Source: Paraspadella gotoi (Eukaryota > Animalia > Chaetognatha). Taken from it: 64,000 nucleotides of DNA. Made by a program: the position numbers and the translations under genes. Of the stretch, positions 11,186 to 24,518 are shown piece after piece. The notes below the pieces were generated by a model. It saw only the letters and a list, made by a program, of their open reading frames with translations. It did not search any database and was not told where the DNA came from. The stretch spans positions 348,328 through 412,327 of the forward strand of contig CM119265.1 in assembly GCA_051294375.1 (NCBI GenBank). Direction: 5' to 3'. Each line of letters starts with the position of its first letter. Position 1 is the stretch's first letter.

Positions 11186-11253
11186 CAACCCAACCCTAAC
11201 CCAATAAACCCTAACCCCTAACCCTAACCCTAACCCTAACCCTAACCCTAACC
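11186..11253 (+). repeat. Telomeric repeat tract 2
   Basis: CCCTAA units. Confidence 0.9.
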
Positions 11254-11720
11254 TGTAGGTGAGACAGCAGGTGGCACGAAAAAGGAATTAAAAACAGAAT
11301 GGTGAATCCGGCCAACAGGGCTATTTAAAGAGTTTCAATCCAAGATGTCTGCCAACAGGCGTTTTAAATCCAAACAGTCATTCTAGATGGAAGATGGCTG
11401 ACAAATGAACATCGACAGTCTCCTTTGATATTAACTTGTTTCCAAACGTTAATAAGGTTGAATTAAGATATTCATTCAACAAGTGCCCGGTGGCATAATG
11501 GTTAAGACTTCTACTGTCGTCCATTAGGTCGCTGGTTCGAATCCAGAAGTATTCAGTTATTTATAATAATTAAATATGGCTCGGATTCGATATAAAGTAA
11601 GATAATATTATTCGGTGCCACTAACAATTAATACTACTACTAATATTAATAATAATAATTAGTTAAAGCTTGCGCGAACTGATTAATAATTAAATAGATT
11701 AATTATTTTACTTCGCTATA
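11254..11720 (-). repeat. 3' LTR of copy C
   Basis: Matches 17268-17732 apart from small indels. Confidence 0.92.
11483..11553 (+). promoter_or_regulatory. tRNA-like cassette in 3' LTR C
   Basis: TGGCATAATGGT A box; GGTTCGAATCC B box. Confidence 0.8.
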
Positions 11721-12122
11721 CGCCCCCCAGTCGAGAACGGGGGAAAATTTTTAACACGTGAACGACTAAAAAGCTTTTCGAAGAAAAAATATGATTTCCA
11801 CTACGGTTTGAAACGGGATTAGAGAAACACTCCTGAGTGTTAAAATGTAAATAAACATAACTCCGGATATAAAATTCGTAGACGATTGATTTTTGGTAAA
11901 TCAACAACTTGTTTAGAGAGGAATCGATTGGCTATTAAACATTGTTAATATTGTTTTTGCTTCGAGAATTACGGGTCACTACTGTGAGTGATCTAATATA
12001 AAGTTATGGGAAAACTGAATCGAGTTCGAGTAGATCGAGATTTAGATCGAAGAAAAAGTGAGTTTAAGAGATGAGTTGAAAGTGACTAACCCTCACTCCT
12101 CCTGGAGCGTGCCGAGGCGGAG

Positions 12123-15100
12123 TTATCCGGAGGTGGAGGCGGTCTCCTGAAGGAGGCGGGCCAGGACCTGGGCGTAGGAAGGGCGGTCGTTCGTCTCGAT
12201 GTTATTTAGATTCGATCTCTTCGTTGCTCGGTAGGAGAAATTATCCGGTGTGGGGCGAGAGAAACAAGGGATTCGCGTGGATGGATTCGAAGAGGCGGGA
12301 GGTGAGGGCGGAGGTGGGTGAGCGACTGTTTCCTCGTCGTTACGCGAATTTGAATTGTTTTCAAGTAAATTTTGATTCGAATTTCGATTTTCCTCATGAA
12401 TTAATTTGTTTCTCCCTTCGTTTTCGAATTGGGGGAAAAGGGGAGAAGGAGAATGAGGAGATCGGGGAGAGAGAGATTGTTGGGGAGAGGGAGACGGAGA
12501 GGAGTTGGGCTGGGGGAGAGGAGGAGGAGGAGGAGGAGAGGAGGGTGGTTGAAATGAGTTAGAAAGAGGGGGAGGAGCGGGCGAGTTTTTCGAAGTTGCT
12601 GATCGAAGAATTCGCGATGTTTTTTCAGGGATTCGCGTTCGTATGCCCGGCGGTCGGCCGGGAGGTGGAGGCGAGGGTGGCGGCGATGGCGTTGACGGTC
12701 GGCTATTGGCGTCGACGTCGTCGTCGTCCGCCTCCCACGCTGGTTTTACTCGAGAGATTGAGATTGTCTCTGTTCCTCTTCCGGGGAGTTCGATTTTGAA
12801 CGTTAAGTCATTACGTGAGATCACGCGAAATGGGCCGAGGTAAGGAGCGGAGAGGGCGTTGCCGGAGGCGCCGCGGCGGACGTAGACGTGCGTGGCGCGG
12901 CGTAACGCTTCCGGAAGTTGNNNNNNNNNNNNNNNNNGGGTCGATGTTTTAGTCGGTTGTAATCTGGCGACCTCGAGACGGAGATTCGCTAGCGTGCGGC
13001 GGCGTTGACGATTTTCCTCGGCGTCACTTCCGGTCCAGACCGGAAGTAGGTCTCCTGGGATGGCGACGGTTTCGCCGAATACTAATTCGGCGGGTGACGC
13101 CCCTATGTCGGGTTTCAGCGTAGTTCTTATCGATAATAGAGAGCAGGGGAGTTTCCAGAACCAGTCGCCGCGATGATCGGCGCCGAGGGCGATGAGAGAT
13201 TCTTTCAAACGGCGGTGGAACCTTTCCACCAGCCCGTTCGATTGTGGGTGGTACGCTGATGTTGGTTGATGCTTTATTCCCCAGGATTGTAGGAGTTGTT
13301 GCCACGTTGCCGATAGAAATTGAGATCCTCTGTCTGTAGTGATGATTGATGGGACGCCAANNNNNNNNNNCCATCCATGTACAAAGGCATCGGCTACGGT
13401 TTGGGCTGCTATGTCCTTGAGGGGGATGGCCGTAGGCCAGCGAGTGAATCGGTCAACGATTGTGAGGACGTAGCGAAATCCATTGGATGGGGGAAGTGAG
13501 ACAATATCGACGTGTAGATGTGAGAAACGTCGGTCTGGGGTTTCAAGTGATCCGATCTCGGGTATAGTGTTTTTTATCACTTTAGCCCTTTGACAATCAT
13601 GGCACTCTCTTGCCCATTTTGTCACATCTGATCTCATGGATGGCCATACGAATTTTTCGGATATGGTTTGACGTGTGCGTTCTATTCCCGGATGACCCAG
13701 GTTGTGGATAGCCTGGAAGACTTTTTTCCTCCAATTGTAGGGAACGAACGGTCTTAGTGGGCCGTTACTCACGTCTACAAAGATCTCCTGTGAGCCGATG
13801 GGAATTTTTCGAAATCGGAGACCTGATTGTGGCTCTTNNNNNNNNNNGGTTGATCTTTGGCGAGTTGTTCTAGGTCAAGGCCGTGATCTAATACCGAATT
13901 AATGATGCAGTTGAAGTTTTCTTGTTTGTCCTCAGCCACTGGCTTTGACACCGCTGCGATTATGGGCGGGAGCGAATTTGGAGCTTGGACGTTAGAGAGA
14001 GAAGGGAAGAGAGGAGGTGGGGTAGGGCTTGGCGGCGGAGGAGAGGGCGGAGTGACGATTTCTGTCGGCGTTGTCGTTACATTTGGACGAGATAGGGAAT
14101 CTGCAACGACATTTGCTTTCCCTGCCAAATATCTTATGTCGGTGGTAAACTCCGCTATCCCTGATAACTGGTAAGTTTGTCTAGCGGTATGCGGTTCTGT
14201 TTTTTTAGATAGAGCCGGGATGAGAGATTTGTGGTCAGTATATAGCGTGAAGTTTTGACCTTCAATCATTGGCCTAAAGTGTCGTATGGCTCGAAATGCA
14301 GCAAACAATTCCCTATCAAAGGGTGGCCATTTCTGTTGATTGCTTTGCAATTTCGCCGAAAAAAATGCCAATGGTTCCCATCCAAGGGGGCCTCGCTGTT
14401 CGAGGACGGCGCCCACTGCTGTGTTTGATGCATCTGACGTTACTGCCAGTTGAGCGCCTGCTCTTGGATGTCTGAGGAGAGCTGCTTGGGCTAGAGCTTG
14501 TTTTGTGGCTTCGAAGCTTTTCTGACAGTCGTCAGTCCATTTAAGTGTTTTGGGCTTGTTTTTTAAAGCTTCAAACAGATGGAACATGTGTTGAGCGCTC
14601 CTGGGAATGAACCTGCGGTAATAATTAATCATTCCCAGGAAACGCTGTAACTCCTTAATTGTAGTTGGAGGAGTGGTTTCCATTACTGCGTTGACTCTCT
14701 CTGGTAGTGGGGCGATGCCTTTTGCATCAACTCTGTAGCCTAAAAAGTCGACGGAGTTTTGTCCCAAGGAACATTTTTTCCTGTTTACTACCAGGCCATT
14801 TTGATGCAGTGCATCGAAGACCTCTTTAAGGTCTTGTTGATGTTGCTGTGGATTCTCAGATGCAACTAATATGTCGTCTATGTAGACGAACACGTGGGGT
14901 AGGCCTTGCAAGATTTCGTCCATTAATCGCTGGAAATCTTGCCCAGCATTTTTAAGGCCAAATGGAGTGCGAGGGAAAACAAATAATCCAAACGGGGTGA
15001 TTACTCCCGTTTTTTTTATGTCCTCTTCAGCAACGGGAATTTGGTGATAGCCTTTTAATAAGTCTATCTTGCTGAAAATTGTTTTCCCGGATAGATTGGC

Positions 15101-15910
15101 GTTAAAATCGTTTAGTGTTTTAACCGGGTATTTGTCATCGATTGTTGCATTGTTAAGGCGACGGAAGTCGCCACAGACTCTGTATCCGCCATCTGGTTTG
15201 CCTACTACATGGAGAGGCGATGCCCAATCGCTTTTTGCTCGTCGCGCGATTCCCAATTCGCAGAGTTTTTCTAACTCTGCACGAGCGACTTCTAATTTTT
15301 CAGGCGACAAGCGTCGAGCCTTTGATTGGATTGGCCTGCCCTCAGTTGGAATAAAGTGTTTCACTCCGTGTTTTGGTTCTTTGGGCTGAAAAGATGGGGT
15401 GCATAAATCTGGGTATGAGTCTAGTAGCTTGTAAAAAGGATCATCAGCTTGATCCACGAAGTTCACTCTTGGAGGATGTGGGATTGTTGTTGGACATGCT
15501 TTGAGGGTTGTAAAATCGGTGAGGTCGATTAAAAGGCCGTCACGATGGTTGGGAGCCAGATAATGCTCAGCGAGAAAATCTGCTCCCAGGATCGGCTGTG
15601 AAACTTTGGCTATCGTCACGGTGAATGGAAATATTCTACCGTCGAGATGGACCTCTACATCTCGGTAGCCAAAACATTGTATTGGGGTGCCGTTGGCTGC
15701 CTGCAATTTGACTCCATTGGCTCCTCTAACTATATCTGCTGCTGTTGGGGGAATTATGGAAACTAAAGCGCCCCCGTCGATTAACCATTCCAGTTTGTTT
15801 TTGTTGTCGTGAATGTAGAGGAGCGATCCATTGTCTTTATTCTGGCCGGATGGGACGGCATTCACATCCGTCCTCCGGCCGAGGCGTTTTCCGGCTTGAA
15901 TCGGAAACAC
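12123..15910 (-). CDS. pol: Pol of copy C (split at an N gap into ORFs 13775-15910 and 12123-13772)
   Basis: WLIDGGA, YIDD, RNase H, IN HHCC/DDE, PYLGPF. Confidence 0.9.
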
Positions 15911-16921
15911 CCTGCCGCGCAGTTCTTGGCTTTATCGCCAAACATCTTGTGATAGTAGCAGATGTTGACAGTAGAAGTAGTTGTGCCGCTGTTTTGTGGT
16001 TTCGGGTTTGTCTTTGTTGTAAATGGTTTTTTGTTGTTGTTGTTATTGTTTGTAATTGTTCTTGAGGCCGTACGATTCTGTATTTTTCCTCGATTAATTG
16101 CGTTGACCTCCTCGAATTGTCCTTCCTCTGGCATTAGTGGAGGGACGGCTGCATTGACGCCTGATGATGTCGTTGGATGAAGGAGTTTTCCATCCCTGTC
16201 GAAATAAGAGTCGGCGAGATCGGCGGTTGTGTCGGCGTCGAGTTTTTTCACTCTCTCCGTGAGGCTGCGTTGCACCTCGACAGGGAGACGTCGTAGAAGG
16301 CTCTCTTTGAGTATGTCGTCGACTGTGATGTCGCCGGCGCGATCCTTCATGATTGCCATCAGCTGAGATGGACGTCGACCGTCGCGATCGATGCCGTCGA
16401 GAATAGACGCCGCTTGTTGTGTTTTAGTACGACCATATTCGGCGTTTAAATAAGCGATGAATTGGTTCCAGCGGTCTTCAGTTGGTGCTCCATACAGAAA
16501 TGCATTTATTCGAGGATTATCACTGACGTTAAACTTGTCCTCAAGGTGAGCAAACTTTTCTGGCGCCGTCGAGATGTTTGCACGCACGTAGGCCGCCTCT
16601 ACGCGGCGAATCCAGATCTCCACGTTATCTGCATCGAATTCTGGGAGTTTGGGTTTCTTTAGTGCTGAGAATTGAGCTGAGAAAGCGCGCGTGAAGTCCG
16701 CGTGTGGATCGGGCGCCGTCGCCATCGTTCTGGCGTCGGAGAAGTTGGANNNNNNNNNNGGTGTGAAGGTGAAGACTCCGGGAGAGCCTCGAGCCGATGG
16801 CGAGATTGATTTCGCTCGTTGGCCGCGGCCGNNNNNNNNNNGGTAGCGTGAGATGACTTTGAGAGGCGTCGCTTTCTGACCCTTGGCGTCGCGCCGTTTG
16901 TCTTGTGACGATTGAGCTCAT
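15862..16921 (-). CDS. gag: Gag of copy C (N-terminal part crosses N gaps; second Met at 16725)
   Basis: KLPEFDADNVEIW; CYYHKMFGDKAKNCAAGC CHCC knuckle. Confidence 0.88.
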
Positions 16922-17267
16922 CCGGCGTCGTTTGTGATGAGGAGGGTGTTGGGTGAGTGGGAGGGAAGGGGGAGAAGGGGAGAAGTGGTTAGAGATGGCA
17001 AGGAATCGCCAAATATCTCTCACACGCCTTGCCTACCTGAGGAAAAGGCGAATTTCGTTGAAGCTTCTCCCTTTTGATGTCGACGCCCTTTGTTTTGATT
17101 TGTCTTAGATTTGTTTTGAAGGTAAAGTTCAGAGATTTTGTCGAATTGAATTTACAGTAACAGGAGAGGCTCAGAAAACAGGTTGCCTAGTTTTAAGTTT
17201 TGATGAATAAGTGCTAACAGTTGAGGTTTCAGAAGGTTGGTTTATTTTCAGAGTTGGGATCACCACT

Positions 17268-17732
17268 TGTAGGTGAGACAGCAGGTGCACCGAAAAAGGA
17301 ATTAAAAACAGAATGTGGTTGAATCCGGCCAACAGGGCTATTTAAAGGTTTCAATCCAAGATGTCTGCCAACAGGCGTTTTAAATCCAAACAGTCATTCT
17401 AGATGGAAGATGGCCTGACAAATGAACATCGACAGTCTCCTTTGATATTAACTTGTTTCCAAACGTTAATAAAGGTTGAATTAAGATATTCATTCAACAA
17501 GTGCCCGGTGGCATAATGGTTAAGACTTCTGACTGTCGTCCATTAGGTCGCTGGTTCGAATCCAGAAGTATTCAGTTATTTATAATAATTAAATATGGCT
17601 CGGATTCGATATAAAGTAAGATAATATTATTCGGTGCCACTAACAATTTATACTACTACTAATATTAATAATAATATTAGATTAAAAGCTTTGGCGATTA
17701 ATAATTAAATAGATTAATTATTTTACCTTACG
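17268..17732 (-). repeat. 5' LTR of copy C
   Basis: Direct repeat of 11254-11720, 2 nt from the PBS. Confidence 0.92.
17501..17572 (+). promoter_or_regulatory. tRNA-like cassette in 5' LTR C
   Basis: Same A/B boxes as 11483-11553. Confidence 0.8.
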
Positions 17733-17897
17733 CCTAACCCTAACCCTAACCCCTAACCCTAACCCTATAACCCTAACAACCCTAACCCTCTAACCCTAAC
17801 CCTACCCTAACCCTAACCCTAACCCTACCCTAACCCCCCTAACCCTAACCCTACCCTAACCTAACCCTAACCCTAACCCTAACCCTAACCCTAACCC
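17733..17897 (+). repeat. Telomeric repeat tract 3
   Basis: CCCTAA units with indels. Confidence 0.95.
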
Positions 17898-18335
17898 TGT
17901 AGATAAGAGATATCCTGGCGCCATGTGGACATGAGCATGAGTGAGGACAGAACCAAATCATTCTCCTTTAAAGGTAACAATCACCTGCTGCTTCACAATC
18001 AGCAGCCATCTTGTGTTATATGATCGATGACGACTAATTAAGGAACTATGTTAAACAAAGGTCATCGATGGAGATCAGTAACATAATAAAACCAGGTTTT
18101 GGTCGTTTCCAGATAAAAGCGCTTAACAGTATAATGGTTAAGACGTCGGACTGTGGATCGCTGGGCTCGTGGTTCGAATCCAGAGAGGTGAGTGTTATTA
18201 TTAATTTATAATATTAATCAGGAGACTCGATATGATCTAAAATATCATTATCGATAATTACTTAAAAATTAATATTGATTTGGTTTCGATTAAAATTAAT
18301 TATCATTAATTTTGGCGCCAGGTACAAAGGCTATA
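17898..18335 (-). repeat. 3' LTR of copy D
   Basis: Matches 24519-24942. Confidence 0.92.
18118..18190 (+). promoter_or_regulatory. tRNA-like cassette in 3' LTR D
   Basis: CAGTATAATGGT A-box-like, CTGTGGA anticodon-loop-like, GGTTCGAATCC B box. Confidence 0.78.
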
Positions 18336-18737
18336 CGCCCCCTAGAAAAAATTAGGGGAAAAAATTTTTCGCTTAATTTTATCTAAAAATAAGCTTGCCT
18401 TTGTTTCGAATTTGTGTACTAATTTACAAGTTAAAGTGAACACAGAAAATAGAAAAATAACACTTATGTGTTCAACGGAAAAAAACGGTAATGAAAATTG
18501 ATGTAAAATTGTAAATACGTTGGAGTTAGTATTCATTACTAACAATTTTGATGATATATACATTAACGAGTTGATTTCGGTGATTAATTGGTGATAATTA
18601 ATATCGAGGTGATTATCGGGTGATTAACGAGTTGATAATCGATAGTAACGGTAAAATTTGAATTAAAATTGAAATTGAAAGATTTCAAAGTAAAGGTTAA
18701 AGTTCGAATGAGACTTTAAAAGGGGATTGTTTTTTTT

Positions 18738-21700
18738 TTAAAATGACTGACCCGTTCGATTTGATGCTGCAGTGTTTTTCTCTTCGCCGATTTGCTGTAG
18801 CATGTGTGATAGGACAGCGGCATATGATGGGCGGATTGAATTAATATCCGTTGGTGACGCTTGATTCTTCGCCTTTCGATAGGAGAAGTTTTCGGGGGTG
18901 GGTTTGGAAAAAATGTGGGGGGGAGGGGGGCGAGTAGGGGAAGGTATAGGTTGTTCTCCGGCCTCCGGATCGCCTCGCTCGTTATCTGAGTCTAAATCGA
19001 CGTCGTTGGGATTATTAGCTTCTTTGTTGTTTTGATTTTCCCGTTTGTTTACATTATTGTTTACATTTTTACTCGGTTTGTTTATTTTGAGATTTAGAGG
19101 GGGAAAATCGCTAGAGGGAAAGAGGTTTTGGGTCGGGGGTGGAGCGGGGATGGGTGGGGGAAGAGATTGGGAGGGGGGGGGGGAGGAGGAGGAGAGGAGG
19201 AGGAGGAGGAGGAGAGAACGAGTTCTCCGCTATATTTGATCGAAGGACCCGATTTGACGGAGTCGGAAAACGGGTTCGAATTCCGGGTCGACGGCCCGGG
19301 GGAGGCGGAGAGGGAGGTGGTGACGGCGTCCTGGGCGGGCTGGCGCCGCCGCTGGCGCCGGCGTCCTCGTCGTTCGCCTCGTACGCTGGTTTTAAACGCG
19401 AGATCGAAACGTTTTCATTTCCTCGCCCGGGGATTTGAATTCTAAACGTTAGTTGATCGCGGCTGATGACGCGGTACGGTCCGAGGTAAGGCGCCGCGAG
19501 AGACGGCGCCACGCCCCCTCGGCGAACGTAGACGTGAGAGGCGTGGCGCAGAGTTTCCGGTAGATGAATTTGAGGGCGACGATGAGTAGAAGTTGGGACA
19601 GGCTGGAGGCGGGCTATTTCGAGGCGTAAGTTGGCGAGTGTGCGACGTCGTTGATCGCGCTCGCTGGCGTCACTTCCGGTCTGGTTTGAAACGAGGTCGC
19701 CAGGGACGGCGATGGGTTCACCGTATACCAATTCAGCCGGAGAGGCGCCGACGTCGGGTTTCAGAGTCGTTCTGATGGCGAGTAAAGCGCAGGGGAGTCG
19801 CCAATACCATTCTCCCCTTGTATCGGCGCCGAGAGCGATGAGGGACTCCTTTAAGCGACGGTGGAATCTCTCGACGAGCCCGTTCGATTGTGGATGATAG
19901 GCCGTCGTGAGATTGTGGGAGATTCCCCAAGACGCTAACAATTGTTTCCACGTTGAGGACAGAAACTGAGATCCTCGATCTGTCGTTATTGTGGCGGGGA
20001 CGCCGAAGGAACTAATCCATCCGTGGACGAGGGCGTCGGCGACGGTTTTGGCGGCGATATCCTTCATTGGGACCGCTATTGGCCACCTGGTGAATCTATC
20101 GACCGCCGTTAGAATATAATTGTAGCCGTTTGAGTTCGGTAGAGTTACAATATCCACGTGGATATGGTTGAAGCGCCGCTCAGGTAACTCAAAGGTGCCG
20201 ATCTCTGGCACGGTGTTGCGAGTAACTTTGGAGCGCTGACAATCATGGCATTCGCGGGCCCATTTGGATACATCGGCCCGCATCGAGGGCCATACGAATC
20301 GTTCACTGACGGCCTGACGCGTTCGCTCGACGCCGGGATGGCCGAGGCTGTGTATGGTGTTGAAGACGCGTTGGCGCCAAGCGAATGGAACGAAAGGCCG
20401 GGGAGGGCCGTTACTGATGTCCACCACGATTGAAGTTTCGCCTAAGGGTATACGACGGAAGCGGAGGCCTGAGTTGGCGTCGTTTGAGATTCGGCGGTAC
20501 TCGGCGTCGAGAGGTTGGTCGATGGCCATTTTTTCCAAATCGACGCCATGTTGCAGAATCGATGAGACAAGTTGATTTAAACTCTGTTGTTTTTCCTCCG
20601 GTATTTCTTTGTCGATTGATGATATTATAGGGATGGAAGTGGGATTGGGGTCAGAGAGAGAAGGGAAGAGAGATTGAGGGGTGGGGGAAGGGGGTGGGGG
20701 AGATGGGGGAGGATTGGGATCTGGATTTTTTTCTATATTTGGACGAGAGAGGGAATCGGCGACTACGTTGGCCTTACCAGCGAGATATTGGATATCAGTT
20801 GTAAATTCGGCAATGCCGGCCAACTGGTAAGTTTGTCTCGCTGTATGGGGTTCCGATTTTTTCGCCAATGCTGGTACTAATGACTTATGGTCTGTGTACA
20901 AAGTAAATTGGCGGCCTTCGATCATCGTCCTAAAGTGTCGAATAGCTCTCCAAGCCGCCAGGAGCTCTCGGTCAAAAGGAGGCCAGAGCTGTTGGCTTTT
21001 CTGGAGCTTAGCCGAGAAAAATGCTAATGGCTCCCATCCTCGAGGTCCTCGTTGCTCAAGGACGGCGCCGATCGCTGTATTGGAGGCGTCCGAGGTGACA
21101 GCGAGTGAGGCGCCTGGGCGAGGGTGAGCGAGCATTGTAGCTTGGGAGAGAGCTTGTTTGATAGCCTCGAACGATTGTTGACAAGCTGGCGTCCAGTCCA
21201 GAGTGCGTGGCCTCGTCTTTGACTTCAGGGCTTCAAAGAGTGGGTAAAGGTGTTGAGCTGCTTTAGGCACGAATCGGCGATAATAATTGATCATGCCTAA
21301 AAATCTTTGAAGTTCTTTTATGGTGGTCGGAGGTGTCGTCTTGTTGATGGCTAGGACTCGATCAGGGAGTGGAGAGATACCGTTGGCATCGACGCGGTGG
21401 CCTAAGAATTCGAGAGACGATTTCCCTAGCACACATTTTTGTCGATTGACGACTAAGCCGTTGCTGTGAAGGATGTCGAAGACTTCCTTGAGGTGCTGCT
21501 CATGCTCCTGATGATCTTTGGAGGCGACTAAGATGTCGTCGATGTACACGAAGACATAGGGAAGGCCATCCAACAGCTCGTCCATCAGGCGCTGAAAGTC
21601 CTGTCCCGCGTTCTTCAATCCAAATGGAGTACGCGGGAACACATATAGACCAAAAGGGTAATTACCCCTGTTTTGGCTACGTCGTCGTCGGCCACTGGTA

Positions 21701-22560
21701 TCTGGTGGTAGCCTTTGAGAAGATCGATTTTACTAAAGACTTTTTTGCCACACAGATTGGAATTGAAATCGTTTAGAGTTTTGACTGGGTATTTGTCGTC
21801 CAGGGTGGAATTGTTGAGGCGGCGGAAGTCTCCACATACGCGGTATCCGCCGTCAGGTTTGTTGACCACTAGCAATGGAGATGCCCATTCGCTCTTCCCT
21901 CGACGGGCAATTCCAAGGTCGCAGAGTTTGTCTAATTCGCGCTTCGCCACCTCGAGTTTGTCGGGGGCCAGGCGACGGGCTCTGGACTGAACTGGACGAC
22001 CTGTTGTTGGGATGTGGTGTCTAACACCATGTTTGGGCTCTCTGGGCTGAAACGATGGGGTGCAGAGATCATGATAAGTGTCTAAGAGTTTGTAGTATGG
22101 ATCGTCGGCTTGTTCGACGAAATTCACTCTGAGTGGTTGCTGCTTATTTGCTCTAGATGCAGATATAGTTGTAAAATCCTGCAGGTCGATTAAAAGACCA
22201 TCACGATGGTTCGGGGCTAAAAAATGCTCAGCTAGAAAGTCTGAGCCTAAGATGGGTTGAGTAACATCCGCTATAGTTACAACAAAGGGAAATTGCCTTT
22301 TTCCTAAGCGGACCTGCACGCTTTTGTAACCATAGCAGGAGATGGGTGATCCATTTGCAGCTCTGAGTTTTGTTTTTGATTCGCCTCTTTCCCTCTCTTC
22401 TCTATTTGGGGGAATAATTGAAACGGTTGCCCCGCCGTCGACGAGCCAATTCAATTTGTTGCGATTGTCGTGAACGAAGAGGAGGGTGTTGCTGCTGTCG
22501 AGGTTTGGGCCGGTCGGGATGGCGTTCACCTCCGTCCGCCGGCCCGGCCGTTTTCCGAGG
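18738..22560 (-). CDS. pol: Pol of copy D (frameshifts near 21650 and ~19150-19200, probably homopolymer errors)
   Basis: WLVDGGA, YIDD, RNase H, IN, PYLGPY; the C-terminal [11 protein letters not shown]...SYAAVL continues in another frame to a stop at 18738. Confidence 0.88.
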
Positions 22561-23609
22561 AGTAAGGTAGCAGACTTTTTCGCATTTTTCGCTGATTCGC
22601 CATATTTTCGATGGTAGAAACAAATTTCTACTTTTTGCGTTTTCTGCTGAGGCTGTGAGGTGCTCGATGCTGGCCTCTCATTGAAATTCTGTCGGCGAGG
22701 TGCATTGGGAGGTCGACGAGCGGTTTGACCTTGGCGCTGACGATTGATTGCATTGATGTCGTCGAATTGTTGCTCTTCTTCTTGCATCAATGGCGGTATT
22801 TGTGCGTTGACGGAGAAAGCCGCCGCCGACGTCGAGGGGTGCAGCGGCTTGCCATCCTTGTCGAAGTAGGAGTCCGCCAATTGGGCGGCCGTCTCGGCGT
22901 CGACGGTCTCCACTCGCTCGGCGAGGCTGCGTTGGACTTCCGGAGGTAACTCGCGTAGTAGTAGCTCCTTTAAGATGTCGTCGACGGTGACTTTGCCCGC
23001 CTTCTCCTTCATGACGGCGAGTAGTTGAGAAGGGCGTTGTCCTTCGCGACGAGTTCCATCGATTAAAGATGAAGCCTGTTGTGAGCGAGTTCGTCCATAC
23101 TCGACTCTCAGATACTCCAAAAAGGCCGTCCATCTCGATTCTGTCGCCTCTCCGAATAGAAAGGCGTTAATCCGGGGGTTGAAACTGACCGGAAACTTGT
23201 CCTCGAGATGAGCAAATTTCTCTTTAGGCGTGGAGATCGTTGAGCGGACATAAGCTGATTCGACGCGCTGAATCCATAATTCGACGTTGTCGGCGTCGAA
23301 GTCTGGGAGTTTGGGCTTTCTCAGCGACATGTTCTGAAGTGATGCTGAGAGAGTGGCGGCGAGAGCGCGCACTAGCTCCGCCTGGGGATCTGGTGGCGCC
23401 GCGGTGGCCATTGGCGTCGATGATGGAGTAGACGCGGGAAAGTTGAAATTGCCTTGCGCTGCGTTGTAATTCGGGGAACGGCGTCCTCGACCGAATCCGA
23501 TAGGAAGAGGCGCCGCTAGGCTGCCAGGGTCTTGAACGCCGGGAGAAGCGTCGCCGGAGTTGCTCGTCGACGCGAGTCTGGCGCGAGTATTGTTCGCCGG
23601 TCCACTCAT
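22525..23609 (-). CDS. gag: Gag of copy D (indel in the zinc knuckle makes an apparent fusion to pol)
   Basis: KLPDFDADNVELW; CFYHRKYG... with CEKVC in the adjacent frame. Confidence 0.85.
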
Positions 23610-23986
23610 TCGCCGGTTGTTGACGTTGATAGGGATTAGTGGGGGGAGTGAGGAAAAAACGCGGTCAAAGATAGGCAAGGAATTAAGCCTAATTTATTCA
23701 CCTTCTTGCCTACCTGAGGGAAGGTTTGCATCCGCTTGAAGACCGGTTTGGCGAGGTGTGCTTCGAAATTTGTTTGCTTTGACTTTTAGAGTTGAATAAG
23801 TATTGCTTGCAGCTTAGTTTATAGACTATTAATTGTTTAGAGGGTCGAGATAGTTAGTTTCAAGGCTATTTGTGATGAATAAGTTTTCTAAGGCCTGAGA
23901 GATAGTTATCAGGATAGTTATCAGAAGGTTGGATTTAATTTTCGAGAGTTGGGCTCACCAGTTGTAGATAAGAGATAGAGAGAGAT

Positions 23987-24493
23987 AGGTAAACAAAGCT
24001 TATACTACTATTTAAAATATTCGGTTTAGCTAAATATAATTAATAATAATTATTACATAATTATTTTGGTGCCTGGATCGAAGGCTACACGCCCCTAGAT
24101 AAAATGGGGGAAAAATAATTTCGTGTAGTTTTATCTAATGTGAAAAATTAGCCTTTGAGACTAATAAATATAAATTTCGACTTAACGAGATACTTTAAGA
24201 GTATAAAAATCGAATGACGAATTAAATAAGTATCGTCCAACGTTGAAAAGTATAAAAAGGCGTTTAACGTGTGAAATAATTTAACGAGGGGAAATTAGAT
24301 GATAACGAGGGGAATTTTGATTCTGTTCGAATCTGATTGTTGATTAAGAACGCGTCAACAGAGATATGATGATACTGAAGATTGAATCAGTAATAATGAG
24401 TAAAAATGATCTACAAATAGTTTAACGATTTAAGGAATCGTTTTCGATTAAAGTTTTGAAAGATACAGTAATGATAGAGTTGAATCAGAAAGT
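23987..24493 (-). mobile_element. Displaced fragment: LTR end, PPT and 3' UTR of another copy (probably G)
   Basis: 23987-24089 matches 38119-38222 and is followed by a CGCCCC PPT and an AT-rich 3' UTR ending at an N gap. Confidence 0.75.
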
Positions 24494-24518
24494 NNNNNNN
24501 NNNNNNNNNNNNNNNNNN

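Larger units (their letters stand above)
11254..17732 (-). mobile_element. Full-length Gypsy copy C with both LTRs
   Basis: Near-identical direct repeats 11254-11720 and 17268-~17732; PPT 11721-11728; PBS 17253-17265; telomeric repeats on both sides. Confidence 0.95.

Noticed and set aside
11483-11553. Functional tRNA genes in the LTRs
   Set aside because: A/B boxes and T-arm are good, but acceptor and anticodon stems pair poorly and no consistent anticodon can be assigned
21615-23678. Natural in-frame Gag-Pol fusion in copy D
   Set aside because: The fusion arises from an indel in an A-run that breaks the CHCC knuckle; the normal slip site is still present
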